A stretch of DNA of 64,000 nucleotides, from the NCBI GenBank assembly GCA_964016885.1, contig CAXHJY010000901.1:23001-87000 (forward strand), in the 5' to 3' direction. Each line of letters starts with the position of its first letter. The first letter of the stretch is position 1. Below are positions 41,201-54,800 of this stretch, in pieces. Source of the DNA: Eledone cirrhosa (Eukaryota). The translations under genes were made by a program, and so were the position numbers. The notes beneath the pieces were generated by a model. The model was given only the letters and a program-made list of their open reading frames with translations. It had not been told where the DNA came from and ran no database searches.

Positions 41201-44200
41201 CTAAGCTAACCTAAGCTAAGCTATCCTAAGCTAAGCTAAGCTAAGCTATCCTAAGCTAAGCTAAGCTAAGCTATCCTAAGCTAAGCTAAGCTATCCTAAG
41301 CTAAGCTAAGCTATCCTAAGCTAAGCTAAGCTAAGCTATCCTAAGCTATCCTAAGCTAAGCTATCCTAAGCTAAGCTAAGCTAAGCTATCCTAAGCTAAG
41401 CTAGGCTAAGCTATCCTAAGCTAAGCTAAGCTAAGCTATCCTAAGCTAAGCTAAGCTATCCTAAGCTAAGCTAAGCTAAGCTATCCTAAGCTAAGCTAAG
41501 CTAAGCTATCCTAAGCTATCCTAAGCTAAGCTATCCTAAGCTAAGCTAAGCTAAGCTATCCTAAGCTAAGCTAAGCTAAGCTATCCTAAGCTAAGCTAAG
41601 CTATCCTAAGCTAAGCTAAGCTAAGCTATCCTAAGCTAAGCTAAGCTAAGCTATCCTAAGCTATCCTAAGCTAAGCTATCCTAAGCTAAGCTATCCTAAG
41701 CTATCCTAAGCTAAGCTATCCTAAGCTAAGCTAAGCTAAGCTATCCTAAGCTAAGCTATCCTAAGCTAAGCTATCCTAAGCTATCCTAAGCTAAGCTATC
41801 CTAAGCTATCCTAAGCTAAGCTAAGCTAAGCTAAGCTAAGCTAAGCTAAGCTATCCTAAGCTAAGCTAAGCTAAGCTATCCTAAGCTAAGCTAAGCTAAG
41901 CTATCCTAAGCTATCCTAAGCTAAGCTATCCTAAGCTAAGCTATCCTAAGCTATCCTAAGCTAAGCTATCCTAAGCTATCCTAAGCTAAGCTATCCTAAG
42001 CTAAGCTATCCTAAGCTAAGCTATCCTAAGCTATCCTAAGCTAAGCTATCCTAAGCTATCCTAAGCTAAGCTAAGCTAAGCTATCCTAAGCTAAGCTAAG
42101 CTAAGCTATCCTAAGCTAAGCTAAGCTAAGCTTTCCTAAGCTATCCTAAGCTAAGCTATCCTAAGCTAAGCTATCCTAAGCTAAGCTATCCTAAGCTATC
42201 CTAAGCTAAGCTATCCTAAGCTATCCTAAGCTAAGCTACCCTAACCTAAGCTATCCTAAGCTATCCTAAGCTAAGCTATCCTAAGCTATCCTAAGCTAAG
42301 CTATCCTAAGCTATCCTAAGCTAAGCTAAGCTAAGCTATCCTAAGCTAAGCTAAGCTTTCCTAAGCTAAGCTAAGCTAAGCTATCCTAAGCTAAGCTAAT
42401 CTATCCTAAGCTAAGCTAAGCTAAGCTATCCTAAGCTAAGCTAAGCTAAGCTATCCTAAGCTAAGCTAAGCTAAGCTATCCTAAGCTAAGCTAAGCTATC
42501 CTAAGCTAAGCTAAGCTAAGCTATCCTAAGCTAAGCTAAGCTAAGCTATCCTAAGCTAAGCTAAGCTAAGCTATCCTAAGCTAAGCTAAGCTATCCTAAG
42601 CTAAGCTAAGCTATCCTAAGCTAAGCTAAGCTAAGCTATCCTAAGCTAAGCTAAGCTAAGCTATCCTAAGCTAAGCTAAGCTAAGCTATCCTAAGCTATC
42701 CTAAGCTATCCTAAGCTAAGCTAAGCTAAGCTATCCTAAGCTAAGCTAAGCTAAGCTATCCTAAGCTAAGCTAAGCTAAGCTATCCTAAGCTAAGCTAAG
42801 CTATCCTAAGCTAAGCTAAGCTAAGCTATCCTAAGCTAAGCTAAGCTAAGCTATCCTAAGCTATCCTAAGCTAAGCTATCCTAAGCTAAGCTAAGCTAAG
42901 CTATCCTAAGCTAAGCTAAGCTAAGCTATCCTAAGCTAAGCTAAGCTAAGCTATCCTAAGCTAAGCTAAGCTAAGCTATCCTAAGCTAAGCTATCCTAAG
43001 CTATCCTAAGCTAAGCTAAGCTAAGCTAACCCAAGCTAAGCTATCCTAAGCTAAGCTATCCTAAGCTAAGCTATCCTAAGCTAAGCTAAGCTAAGCTATC
43101 CTAAGCTAAGCTAAGCTATCCTAAGCTAAGCTAAGCTAAGCTGTCCTAAGCTAAGCTAAGCTAAGCTATCCTAAGCTAAGCTAAGCTAAGCTATCCTAAG
43201 CTAAGCTAAGCTATCCTAAGCTAAGCTAAGCTAAGCTATCCTAAGCTAAGCTAAGCTAAGCTATCCTAAGCTAAGCTAAGCTAAGCTATCCTAAGCTATC
43301 CTAAGCTATCCTAAGCTAAGCTATCCTAAGCTAAGCTATCCTAAGCTATCCTAAGCTAAGCTAAGCTAAGCTAAGCTAAGCAATCCTAAGCTAAGCTAAG
43401 CTATCCTAAGCTAAGCTAAGCTAAGCTATCCTAAGCTAAGCTAAGCTAAGCTATCCTAAGCTATCCTAAGCTAAGCTATCCTAAGCTAAGCTATCCTAAG
43501 CTATCCTAAGCTAAGCTATCCTAAGCTATCCTAAGCTAAGCTATCCTAAGCTAAGCTATCCTAAGCTATCCTAAGCTATCCTAAGCTAAGCTATCCTAAG
43601 CTAAGCTAAGCTAAGCTAAGCTAACCTAAGCTAAGCTATCCTAAGCTAAGCTAAGCTAAGCTATCCTAAGCTAAGCTAAGCTAAGCTATCCTAAGCTATC
43701 CTAAGCTAAGCTATCCTAAGCTAAGCTATCCTAAGCTAAGCTATCCTAAGCTATCCTAAGCTAAGCTATCCTAAGCTAAGCTCTCCTAAGGTAAGCTATC
43801 CTAAGCTATCCTAAGCTAAGCTATCCTAAGCTATCCTAAGCTAAGCTAAGCTAAGCTCTCCTAAGCTAAGCTAAGCTAAGCTATCCTAAGCTAAGCTAAG
43901 CTAAGCTAAGCTATCCTAAGCTAAGCTAAGCTAAGCTACCTAAGCTAAGCTAAGCTATCCTAAGCTAAGCTAAGCTATCCTAAGCTAAGCTAAGCTAAGC
44001 TCTCCTAAGCTAAGCTAAGCTAAGCTATCCTAAGCTAAGCTAAGCTTTCCTAAGCTAAGCTAAGCTAAGCTATCCTAAGCTAAGCTAATCTATCCTAAGC
44101 TAAGCTAAGCTAAGCTATCCTAAGCTAAGCTAAGCTAAGCTATCCTAAGCTAAGCTAAGCTAAGCTATCCTAAGCTAAGCTAAGCTAAGCTATCCTAAGC

Positions 44201-46039
44201 TAAGCTAAGCTAAGCTATCCTAAGCTAAGCTAAGCTATCCTAAGCTAAGCTAAGCTAAGCTATCCTAAGCTAAGCTAAGCTATCCTAAGCTAAGCTAAGC
44301 TAAGCTATCCTAAGCTATCCTAAGCTATCCTAAGCTAAGCTAAGCTAAGCTATCCTAAGCTAAGCTAAGCTAAGCTATCCTAAGCTAAGCTAAGCTAAGC
44401 TATCCTAAGCTAAGCTAAGCTATCCTAAGCTAAGCTAAGCTAAGCTATCCTAAGCTAAGCTAAGCTAAGCAATCCTAAGCTATCCTAAGCTAAGCTATCC
44501 TAAGCTAAGCTAAGCTAAGCTATCCTAAGCTAAGCTAAGCTAAGCTATCCTAAGCTAAGCTAAGCTAAGTTATCCTAAGCTAAGCTATCCTAAGCTATCC
44601 TAAGCTAAGCTAAGCTAAGCTAACCTAAGCTAAGCTATCCTAAGCTAAGCTATCCTAAGCTAAGCTATCCTAAGCTAAGCTAAGCTAAGCTATCCTAAGC
44701 TAAGCTAAGCTAAGCTATCCTAAGCTAAGCTAAGCTATCCTAAGCTAAGCTAAGCTAAGCTATCCTAAGCTAAGCTAAGCTAAGCTATCCTAAGCTAAGC
44801 TAAGCTATCCTAAGCTAAGCTAAGCTAAGCTATCCTAAGCTAAGCTAAGCTAATCTATCCTAAGCTATCCTAAGCTAAGCTATCCTAACCTAAGATATCC
44901 TAAGCTATCCTAAGCTAAGCTATCCTAAGCTAAGCTAAGCTAAGCTATCCTAAGCTAAGCTATCCTAAGCTAAGCTATCCTAAGCTATCCTAAGCTAAGC
45001 TATCCTAAGCTATCCTAAGCTAAGCTATCCTAAGCTATCCTAAGCTAAGCTATCCTAAGCTATCCTAAGCTAAGCTAAGCTATCCTAAGCTAAGCTAAGC
45101 TAAGCTAAGCTATCCTAAGCTAAGCTAAGCTATCCTAAGCTAAGCTAAGCTAAGCTATCCTAAGCTATCCTAAGCTAAGCTACCTAAGCTAAGCTATCCT
45201 AAGCTATCCTAAGCTAAGCTATCCTAAGCTATCCTAAGCTAAGCTATCCTAAGCTAAGCTATCCTAAGCTAAGCTATCCTAAGCTATCCTAAGCTAAGCT
45301 ATCCTAAGCTATCCTAAGCTAAGCTAAGCTAAGCTATCCTAAGCTAAGCTAAGCTAAGCTTTCCTAAGCTATCCTAAGCTAAGCTATCCTAAGCTAAGCT
45401 ATCCTAAGCTATCCTAAGCTAAGCTATCCTAAGCTATCCTAAGCTAAGCTATCCTAAGCTATCCTAAGCTAAGCTATCCTAACCTAAGCTATCCTAAGCT
45501 ATCCTAAGCTAAGCTATCCTAAGCTATCCTAAGCTAAGCTATCCTAAGCTATCCTAAGCTAAGCTATCCTAAGCTATCCTAAGCTAAGCTAAGCTAAGCT
45601 ATCCTAAACTAAGCTAAGCTATCCTAAGCTAAGCTAAGCTAAGCTATCCTAAGCTATCCTAAGCTAAGCTATCCTAAGCTAAGCTAAGCTAAGCTATCCT
45701 AAGCCAAGCTAAGCTAAGCTATCCTAAGCCAAGCTAAGCTAAGCTATCCTAAGCTAAGCTAAGCTATCCTAAGCTAAGCTAAGCTAAGCTATCCTAAGCT
45801 AAGCTATGCTAAGCTATCCTAAGCTAAGCTAAGCTAAGCTATCCTAAGCTAAGCTAAGCTAAGCTATCCTAAGCTAAGCTAAGCTAAGCTATCCTAAGCT
45901 AAGCTAAGCTATCCTAAGCTAAGCTAAGCTAAGCTATCCTAAGCTAAGCTAAGCTAAGCTATCCTAAGCTAAGCTAAGCTAAGCTATCCTAAGCTAAGCT
46001 AAGCTATCCTAAGCTAAGCTAAGCTAAGCTATCCTAAGC

Positions 46040-48800
46040 TAAGCTAAGCTAAGCTATCCTAAGCTAAGCTATCCTAAGCTATCCTAAGCTAAGCTAAGCT
46101 AAGCTAACCTAAGCTAAGCTATCCTAAGCTAAGCTATCCTAAGCTAAGCTATCCTAAGCTAAGCTAAGCTAAGCTATCCTAAGCTAAGCTAAGCTAAGCT
46201 ATCCTAAGCTAAGCTAAGCTATCCTAAGCTAAGCTAAGCTAAGCTATCCTAAGCTAAGCTAAGCTATCCTAAGCTAAGCTAAGCTAAGCTATCCTAAGCT
46301 AAGCTAAGCTAAGCTATCCTAAGCTAAGCTAAGCTAAGCTATCCTAAGCTATCCTAAGCTATCCTAAGCTAAGCTATCCTAAGCTATCCTAAGCTAAGCT
46401 ATCCTAAGCTATCCTAAGCTAAGCTAAGCTAAGCTATCCTAAGCTAAGCTAAGCTAAGCTATCCTAAGCTAAGCTAAGCTAAGCTATCCTAAGCTAAGCT
46501 AAGCTAAGCTATCCTAAGCTATCCTAAGCTAAGCTATCCTAAGCTAAGCTATCCTAAGCTATCCTAAGCTAAGCTATCCTAAGCTATCCTAAGCTAAGCT
46601 ATCCTAAGCTATCCTAAGCTAAGCTATCCTAAGCTAAGCTATCCTAAGCTATCCTAAGCTAAGCTATCCTAAGCTATCCTAAGCTAAGCTATCCTAAGCT
46701 ATCCTAAGCTAAGCTAACCTAAGCTAAGCTATCCTAAGCTAAGCTAAGCTAAGCTATCCTAAGCTAAGCTAAGCTAAGCTATCCTAAGCTATCCTAAGCT
46801 AAGCTATCCTAAGCTAAGCTATCCTAAGCTAAGCTATCCTAAGCTATCCTAAGCTAAGCTATCCTAAGCTAAGCTCTCCTAAGGTAAGCTATCCTAAGCT
46901 ATCCTAAGCTAAGCTATCCTAAGCTATCCTAAGCTAAGCTAAGCTCTCCTAAGCTAAGCTAAGCTAAGCTATCCTAAGCTAAGCTAAGCTAAGCTAAGCT
47001 AAGCTATCCTAAGCTAAGCTAAGCTAAGCTACCTAAGCTAAGCTAAGCTAAGCTATCCTAAGCTAAGCTAAGCTAAGCTAAGTTTTCCTAAGCTAAGCTA
47101 AGCTAAGCTCTCCTAAGCTAAGCTAAGCTAAGCTATCCTAAGCTAAGCTAAGCTTTCCTAAGCTAAGCTAAGCTAAGCTATCCTAAGCTAAGCTAATCTA
47201 TCCTAAGCTAAGCTAAGCTAAGCTATCCTAAGCTAAGCTAAGCTAAGCTATCCTAAGCTAAGCTAAGCTAAGCTATCCTAAGCTAAGCTAAGCTAAGCTA
47301 TCCTAAGCTAAGCTAAGCTAAGCTATCCTAAGCTAAGCTAAGCTATCCTAAGCTAAGCTAAGCTAAGCTATCCTAAGCTAAGCTAAGCTATCCTAAGCTA
47401 AGCTAAGCTAAGCTATCCTAAGCTAAGCTAAGCTATCCTAAGCTAAGCTATCCTAAGCTATCCTAAGCTAAGCTAAGCTAAGCTAACCTAAGCTAAGCTA
47501 TCCTAAGCTAAGCTATCCTAAGCTAAGCTATCCTAAGCTAAGCTAAGCTAAGCTATCCTAAGCTAAGCTAAGTTAAGCTATCCTAAGCTAAGCTAAGCTA
47601 TCCTAAGCTAAGCTAAGCTAAGCTATCCTAAGCTAAGCTAAGCTATCCTAAGCTAAGCTAAGCTAAGCTATCCTAAGCTAAGCTAAGCTAAGCTATCCTA
47701 AGCTAAGCTAAGCTAAGCTATCCTAAGCTATCCTAAGCTATCCTAAGCTAAGCTATCCTAAGCTATCCTAAGCTAAGCTATCCTAAGCTATCCTAAGCTA
47801 AGCTAAGCTAAGCTATCCTAAGCTAAGCTAAGCTAAGCTATCCTAAGCTAAGCTAAGCTAAGCTATCCTAAGCTAAGCTAAGCTAAGCTATCCTAAGCTA
47901 TCCTAAGCTAAGCTATCCTAAGCTAAGCTATCCTAAGCTATCCTATGCTAAGCTATCCTAAGCTATCCTAAGCTAAGCTATCCTAAGCTATCCTAAGCTA
48001 AGCTATCCTAAGCTAAGCTATCCTAAGCTATCCTAAGCTAAGCTATCCTAAGCTATCCTAAGCTAAGCTATCCTAAGCTATCCTAAGCTAAGCTAACCTA
48101 AGCTAAGCTATCCTAAGCTAAGCTAAGCTAAGCTATCCTAAGCTAAGCTAAGCTAAGCTATCCTAAGCTATCCTAAGCTAAGCTATCCTAAGCTAAGCTA
48201 TCCTAAGCTAAGCTATCCTAAGCTATCCTAAGCTAAGCTATCCTAAGCTAAGCTCTCCTAAGGTAAGCTATCCTAAGCTATCCTAAGCTAAGCTATCCTA
48301 AGCTATCCTAAGCTAAGCTAAACTATCCTAAGCTAAGCTAAGCTAAGCTATCCTAAGCTAAGCTAAGCTAAGCTAAGCTAAGCTATCCTAAGCTAAGCTA
48401 AGCTAAGCTACCTAAGCTAAGCTAAGCTAAGCTATCCTAAGCTAAGCTAAGCTAAGCTAAGTTTTCCTAAGCTAAGCTAAGCTAAGCTCTCCTAAGCTAA
48501 GCTAAGCTAAGCTATCCTAAGCTAAGCTAAGCTTTCCTAAGCTAAGCTAAGCTAAGCTATCCTAAGCTAAGCTAATCTATCCTAAGCTAAGCTAAGCTAA
48601 GCTATCCTAAGCTAAGCTAAGCTAAGCTATCCTAAGCTAAGCTAAGCTAAGCTATCCTAAGCTAAGCTAAGCTAAGCTATCCTAAGCTAAGCTAAGCTAA
48701 GCTATCCTAAGCTAAGCTAAGCTATCCTAAGCTAAGCTAAGCTAAGCTATCCTAAGCTAAGCTAAGCTATCCTAAGCTAAGCTAAGCTAAGCTATCCTAA
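46040..48800. repeat. Tandem duplication, 1379-bp period (2 copies)
   Basis: TAACC 46105/47484, TCTCC-TAAGG 46875/48254, TACC 47030/48409, and the locally unique TAAGT-TTTCC 47079/48458, all +1379. Confidence 0.92.
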
Positions 48801-51800
48801 GCTAAGCTAAGCTAAGCTATCCTAAGCTAAGCTAAGCTAAGCTAAGCTATCCTAAGCTATCCTAAGCTAACCTAAGCTAAGCTATCCTAAGCTAAGCTAA
48901 GCTATCCTAAGCTAAGCTAAGCTAAGCTATCCTAAGCTAAGCTAAGCTATCCTAAGCTAAGCTAAGCTATCCTAAGCTAAGCTAAGCTAAGCTATCCTAA
49001 GCTATCCTAAGCTAAGCTATCCTAAGCTAAGCTAAGCTATCCTAAGCTAAGCTAAGCTAAGCTATCCTAAGCTAAGCTAAGCTAAGCTATCCTAAGCTAA
49101 GCTATCCTAAGCTATCCTAAGCTAAGCTAAGCTAAGCTAACCTAAGCTAAGCTATCCTAAGCTAAGCTATCCTAAGCTAAGCTATCCTAAGCTATCCTAA
49201 GCTAAGCTATCCTAAGCTAAGCTAAGCTATCCTAAGCTAAGCTAAGCTAAGCTATCCTAAGCTAAGCTAAGCTAAGCTATCCTAAACTAAGCTAAGCTAA
49301 GCTATCCTAAGCTAAGCTAAGCTAAGCTATCCTAAGCTAAGCTAAGCTATCCTAAGCTAAGCTAAGCTAAGCTATCCTAAGCTAAGCTAAGCTAAGCTAT
49401 CCTAAGCTATCCTAAGCTAAGCTATCCTAAGCTAAGCTATCCTAAGCTATCCTAAGCTAAGCTATCCTAAGCTAAGCTAAGCTAAGCTATCCTAAGCTAA
49501 GCTATCCTAAGCTAAGCTATCCTAAGCTATCCTAAGCTAAGCTATCCTAAGCTATCCTAAGCTAAGCTATCCTAAGCTATCCTAAGCTAAGCTATCCTAA
49601 GCTATCCTAAGCTAAGCTAAGCTAAGCTATCCTAAGCTAAGCTAAGCTAAGCTAAGCTATACTAAGCTAAGCTAAGCTAAGCTATCCTAAGCTAAGCTAA
49701 GCTAAGCTATCCTAAGCTATCCTAAGCTAAGCTATCCTAAGCTAAGCTATCCTAAGCTATCCTAAGCTAAGCTATCCTAAGCTATCCTAAGCTAAGCTAT
49801 CCTAAGCTAAGCTATCCTAAGCTAAGCTATCCTAAGCTAAGCTATCCTAAGCTATCCTAAGCTAAGCTATCCTAAGCTATCCTAAGCTAAGCTAAGCTAA
49901 GCTATCCTAAGCTAAGCTAAGCTAAGCTATCCTAAGCTAAGCTAAGCTAAGCTTTCCTAAGCTATCCTAAGCTAAGCTATCCTAAGCTAAGCTATCCTAA
50001 GCTATCCTAAGCTAAGCTATCCTAAGCTATCCTAAGCTAAGCTATCCTAAGCTATCCTAAGCTAAGCTATCCTAACCTAAGCTATCCTAAGCTATCCTAA
50101 GCTAAGCTATCCTAAGCTATCCTAAGCTAAGCTATCCTAAGCTATCCTAAGCTAAGCTAAGCTAAGCTATCCTAAACTAAGCTAAGCTATCCTAAGCTAA
50201 GCTAAGCTATCCTAAGCTAAGCTAAGCTAAGCTATCCTAAGCTAAGCTAAGCTAAGCTATCCTAAGCTAAGCTAAGCTAAGCTATCCTAAGCCAAGCTAA
50301 GCTAAGCTATCCTAAGCCAAGCTAAGCTAAGCTATCCTAAGCTAAGCTAAGCTAAGCTATCCTAAGCTAAGCTAAGCTAAGCTATCCTAAGCTAAGCTAA
50401 GCTAAGCTATCCTAAGCTAAGCTAAGCTAAGCTATCCTAAGCTAAGCTAAGCTAAGCTATCCTAAGCTAAGCTAAGCTAAGCTATCCTAAGCTAAGCTAA
50501 GCTAAGCTATCCTAAGCTAAGCTAAGCTAAGCTATCCTAAGCTAAGCTAAGCTAAGCTATCCTAAGCTAAGCTATCCTAAGCTAAGCTAAGCTAAGCTAT
50601 CCTAAGCTAAGCTAAGCTAAGCTATCCTAAGCTAAGCTAAGCTATCCTAAGCTAAGCTAAGCTAAGCTATCCTAAGCTAAGCTAAGCTAAGCTATCCTAA
50701 GCTAAGCTAAGCTAAGCTATCCTAAGCTAAGCTAAGCTAAGCTATCCTAAGCTAAGCTAAGCTAAACTATCCTAAGCTAAGCTAAGCTATCCTAAGCTAA
50801 GCTAAGCTAAGCTATCCTAAGCTAAGCTAAGCTAAGCTTTCCTAAGCTATCCTAAGCTAAGCTATCCTAAGCTAAGCTAAGCTAAGCTATTCTAAGCTAA
50901 GCTAAGCTATCCTAAGCTAAGCTAAGCTATCCTAAGCTAAGCTATCCTAAGCTATCCTAAGCTAAGCTATCCTAAGCTATCCTAAGCTAAGCTATCCTAA
51001 GCTAAGCTATCCTAAGCTAAGCTATTCTAAGCTAAGCTAAGCTAAGCTATCCTAAGCTAAGCTAAGCTAAGCTATCCTAAGCTAAGCTAAGCTAAGCTAT
51101 CCTAAGCTAAGCTAAGCTAAGCTATCCTAAGCTAAGCTAAGCTAAGCTATCCTAAGCTAAGCTAAGCTAAGCTATCCTAAGCTAAGCTAAGCTATCCTAA
51201 GCTAAGCTAAGCTAAGCTATCCTAAGCTAAGCTAAGCTAAGCTATCCTAAGCTATCCTAAGCTAAGCTATCCTAAGCTAAGCTATCCTAAGCTATCCTAA
51301 GCTATCCCAAGCTAAGCTATCCTAAGCTAAGCTAAGCTATCCTAAGCTAACCTATCCTAAGCTAAGCTATCCTAAGCTATCCTAAGCTAAGCTATCCTAA
51401 TCTATCCTAAGCTAAGCTATCCTAAGCTATCCTAAGCTAAGCTATCCTAAGCTATCCTAAGCTAAGCTAAGCTAAGCTATCCTAAGCTATCCTAAGCTAA
51501 GCTATCCTAAGCTAAGCTATCCTAAGCTAAGCTATCCTAAGCTATCCTAAGCTAAGCTATCCTAAGCTATCCTAAGCTAAGCTAAGCTAAGCTATCCTAA
51601 GCTAAGCTAAGCTAAGCTCTCCTAAGCTAAGCTAAGCTAAGCTATCCTAAGCTAAGCTAAGCTTTCCTAAGCTAAGCTAAGCTAAGCTATCCTAAGCTAA
51701 GCTAATCTATCCTAAGCAAAGCTAAGCTAAGCTATCCTAAGCTAAGCTAAGCTAAGCTATCCTAAGCTAAGCTAAGCTAAGCTATCCTAAGCTAAGCTAA

Positions 51801-54800
51801 GCTAAGCTATCCTAAGCTAAGCTAAGCTAAGCTATCCTAAGCTAAGCTAAGCTAAGCTATCCTAAGCTAAGCTAAGCTAAGCTATCCTAAGCTAAGCTAA
51901 GCTAAGCTAACCTAAGCTAAGCTAAGCTAAGCTATCCTAAGCTAAGCTAAGCTAAGCTATCCTAAGCTATCCTAAGCTATCCTAAGCTAAGCTAAGCTAA
52001 GCTAAGCTAAGCTATCCTAAGCTAAGCTAAGCTAAGCTATCCTAAGCTAAGCCAAGCTAAGCTATCCTAAGCTAAGCTAAGCTATCCTAAGCTAAGCTAA
52101 GCTAAGCTATCCTAAGCTAAGCTAAGCTAAGCTATCCTAAGCTATCCTAAGCTAAGCTATCCTAAGCTAAGCTAAGCTAAGCTATCCTAAGCTAAGCTAA
52201 GCTAAGCTATCCTAAGCTAAGCTAAGCTAAGCTATCCTAAGCTAAGCTAAGCTAAGCTATCCTAAGCTAAGCTATCCTAAGCTATCCTAAGCTAAGCTAA
52301 GCTAAGCTAACCTAAGCTAAGCTATCCTAAGCTAAGCTATCCTAAGCTAAGCTATCCTAAGCTAAGCTAAGCTAAGCTATCCTAAGCTAAGCTAAGCTAA
52401 GCTATCCTAAGCTAAGCTAAGCTATCCTAAGCTAAGCTAAGCTAAGCTGTCCTAAGCTAAGCTAAGCTAAGCTATCCTAAGCTAAGCTAAGCTAAGCTAT
52501 CCTAAGCTAAGCTAAGCTATCCTAAGCTAAGCTAAGGTAAGCTATCCTAAGCTAAGCTAAGCTAAGCTATCCTAAGCTAAGCTAAGCTAAGATATCCTAA
52601 GCTATCCTAAGCTATCCTAAGCTAAGCTATCCTAAGCTATCCTAAGCTAAGCTATCCTAAGCTATCCTAAGCTAAGCTAAGCTAAGCTATCCTAAGCTAA
52701 GCTAAGCTAAGCTATCCTAAGCTAAGCTAATCTAAGCTATCCTAAGCTAAGCTAAGCTAAGCTATCCTAAGCTATCCTAAGCTAAGCTATCCTAAGCTAA
52801 GCTATCCTAAGCTATCCTAAGCTAAGCTATCCTAAGCTATCCTAAGCTAAGCTATCCTAAGCTAAGCTATCCTAAGCTATCCTAAGCTAAGCTATCCTAA
52901 GCTATCCTAAGCTAAGCTATCCTAAGCTAAGCTAAGCTAAGCTAAGCTAACCTAAGCTAAGCTATCCTAAGCTAAGCTAAGCTAAGCTATCCTAAGCTAA
53001 GCTAAGCTATCCTAAGCTATCCTAAGCTAAGCTATCCTAAGCTAAGCTATCCTAAGCTAAGCTATCCTAAGCTATCCTAAGCTAAGCTATCCTAAGCTAA
53101 GCTCTCCTAAGGTAAGCTATCCTAAGCTATCCTAAGCTAAGCTATCCTAAGCTATCCTAAGCTAAGCTAAGCTAAGCTCTCCTAAGCTAAGCTAAGCTAA
53201 GCTATCCTAAGCTAAGCTAAGCTAAGCTAAGCTAAGCTATCCTAAGCTAAGCTAAGCTAAGCTACCTAAGCTAAGCTAAGCTAAGCTATCCTAAGCTAAG
53301 CTAAGCTAAGCTATCCTAAGCTAAGCTAAGCTAAGCTCTCCTAAGCTAAGCTAAGCTAAGCTATCCTAAGCTAAGCTAAGCTTTCCTAAGCTAAGCTAAG
53401 CTAAGCTATCCTAAGCTAAGCTAATCTATCCTAAGCTAAGCTAAGCTAAGCTATCCTAAGCTAAGCTAAGCTAAGCTATCCTAAGCTAAGCTAAGCTAAG
53501 CTATCCTAAGCTAAGCTAAGCTAAGCTATCCTAAGCTAAGCTAAGCTAAGCTATCCTAAGCTAAGCTAAGCTATCCTAAGCTAAGCTAAGCTAAGCTATC
53601 CTAAGCTAAGCTAAGCTATCCTAAGCTAAGCTAAGCTAAGCTATCCTAAGCTATCCTAAGCTATCCTAAGCTAAGCTAAGCTAAGCTATCCTAAGCTAAG
53701 CTAAGCTAAGCTATCCTAAGCTAAGCTAAGCTAAGCTATCCTAAGCTAAGCTAAGCTATCCTAAGCTAAGCTAAGCTAAGCAATCCTAAGCTATCCTAAG
53801 CTAAGCTATCCTAAGCTAAGTTAAGCTAAGCTATCCTAAGCTAAGCTAAGCTAAGCTATCCTAAGCTAAGCTATCCTAAGCTATCCTAAGCTAAGCTAAG
53901 CTAAGCTAACCTAAGCTAAGCTATCCTAAGCTAAGCTATCCTAAGCTAAGCTATCCTAAGCTAAGCTAAGCTAAGCTATCCTAAGCTAAGCTAAGCTAAG
54001 CTATCCTAAGCTAAGCTAAGCTAAGCTATCCTAAGCTAAGCTAAGCTATCCTAAGCTAAGCTAAGCTAAGCTATCCTAAGCTAAGCTAAGCTAAGCTATC
54101 CTAAGCTAAGCTAAGCTATCCTAAGCTAAGCTAAGCTAAGCTCTCCTAAGCTAAGCTAAGCTAAGCTATCCTAAGCTATCCTAAGCTAAGCTATCCTAAG
54201 CTAAGCTATCCTAAGCTATCCTAAGCTAAGCTATCCTGGGCTAAGCTAAGCTAAGCTATCCTAAGCTAAGCTAAGCTATCCTAAGCTAAGCTAAGCTAAG
54301 CTATCCTAAGCTAAGCTAAGCTAAGCTATCCTAAGCTAAGCTAAGCTAAGCTATCCTAAGCTAAGCTAAGCTATCCTAAGCTAAGCTAAGCTAAGCTATC
54401 CTAAGCTAAGCTAAGCTAAGCTATCCTAAGCTAAGCTAAGCTAAGCTATCCTAAGCTATCCTAAGCTATCCTAAGCTAAGCTAAGCTAAGCTATCCTAAG
54501 CTAAGCTAAGCTAAGCTATCCTAAGCTAAGCTAAGCTAAGCTATCCTAAGCTAAGCTAAGCTATCCTAAGCTAAGCTAAGCTAAGCTATCCTAAGCTAAG
54601 CTAAGCTAAGCTATCCTAAGCTATCCTAAGCTAAGCTATCCTAAGCTAAGCTAAGCTAAGCTATCCTAAGCTAAGCTAAGCTAAGCTATCCTAAGCTAAG
54701 CTAAGCTAAGCTATCCTAAACTAAGCTAAGCTAAGCTATCCTAAGCTAAGCTATCCTAAGCTATTCTAAGCTAAGCTAAGCTAAGCTAACCTAAGTTAAG

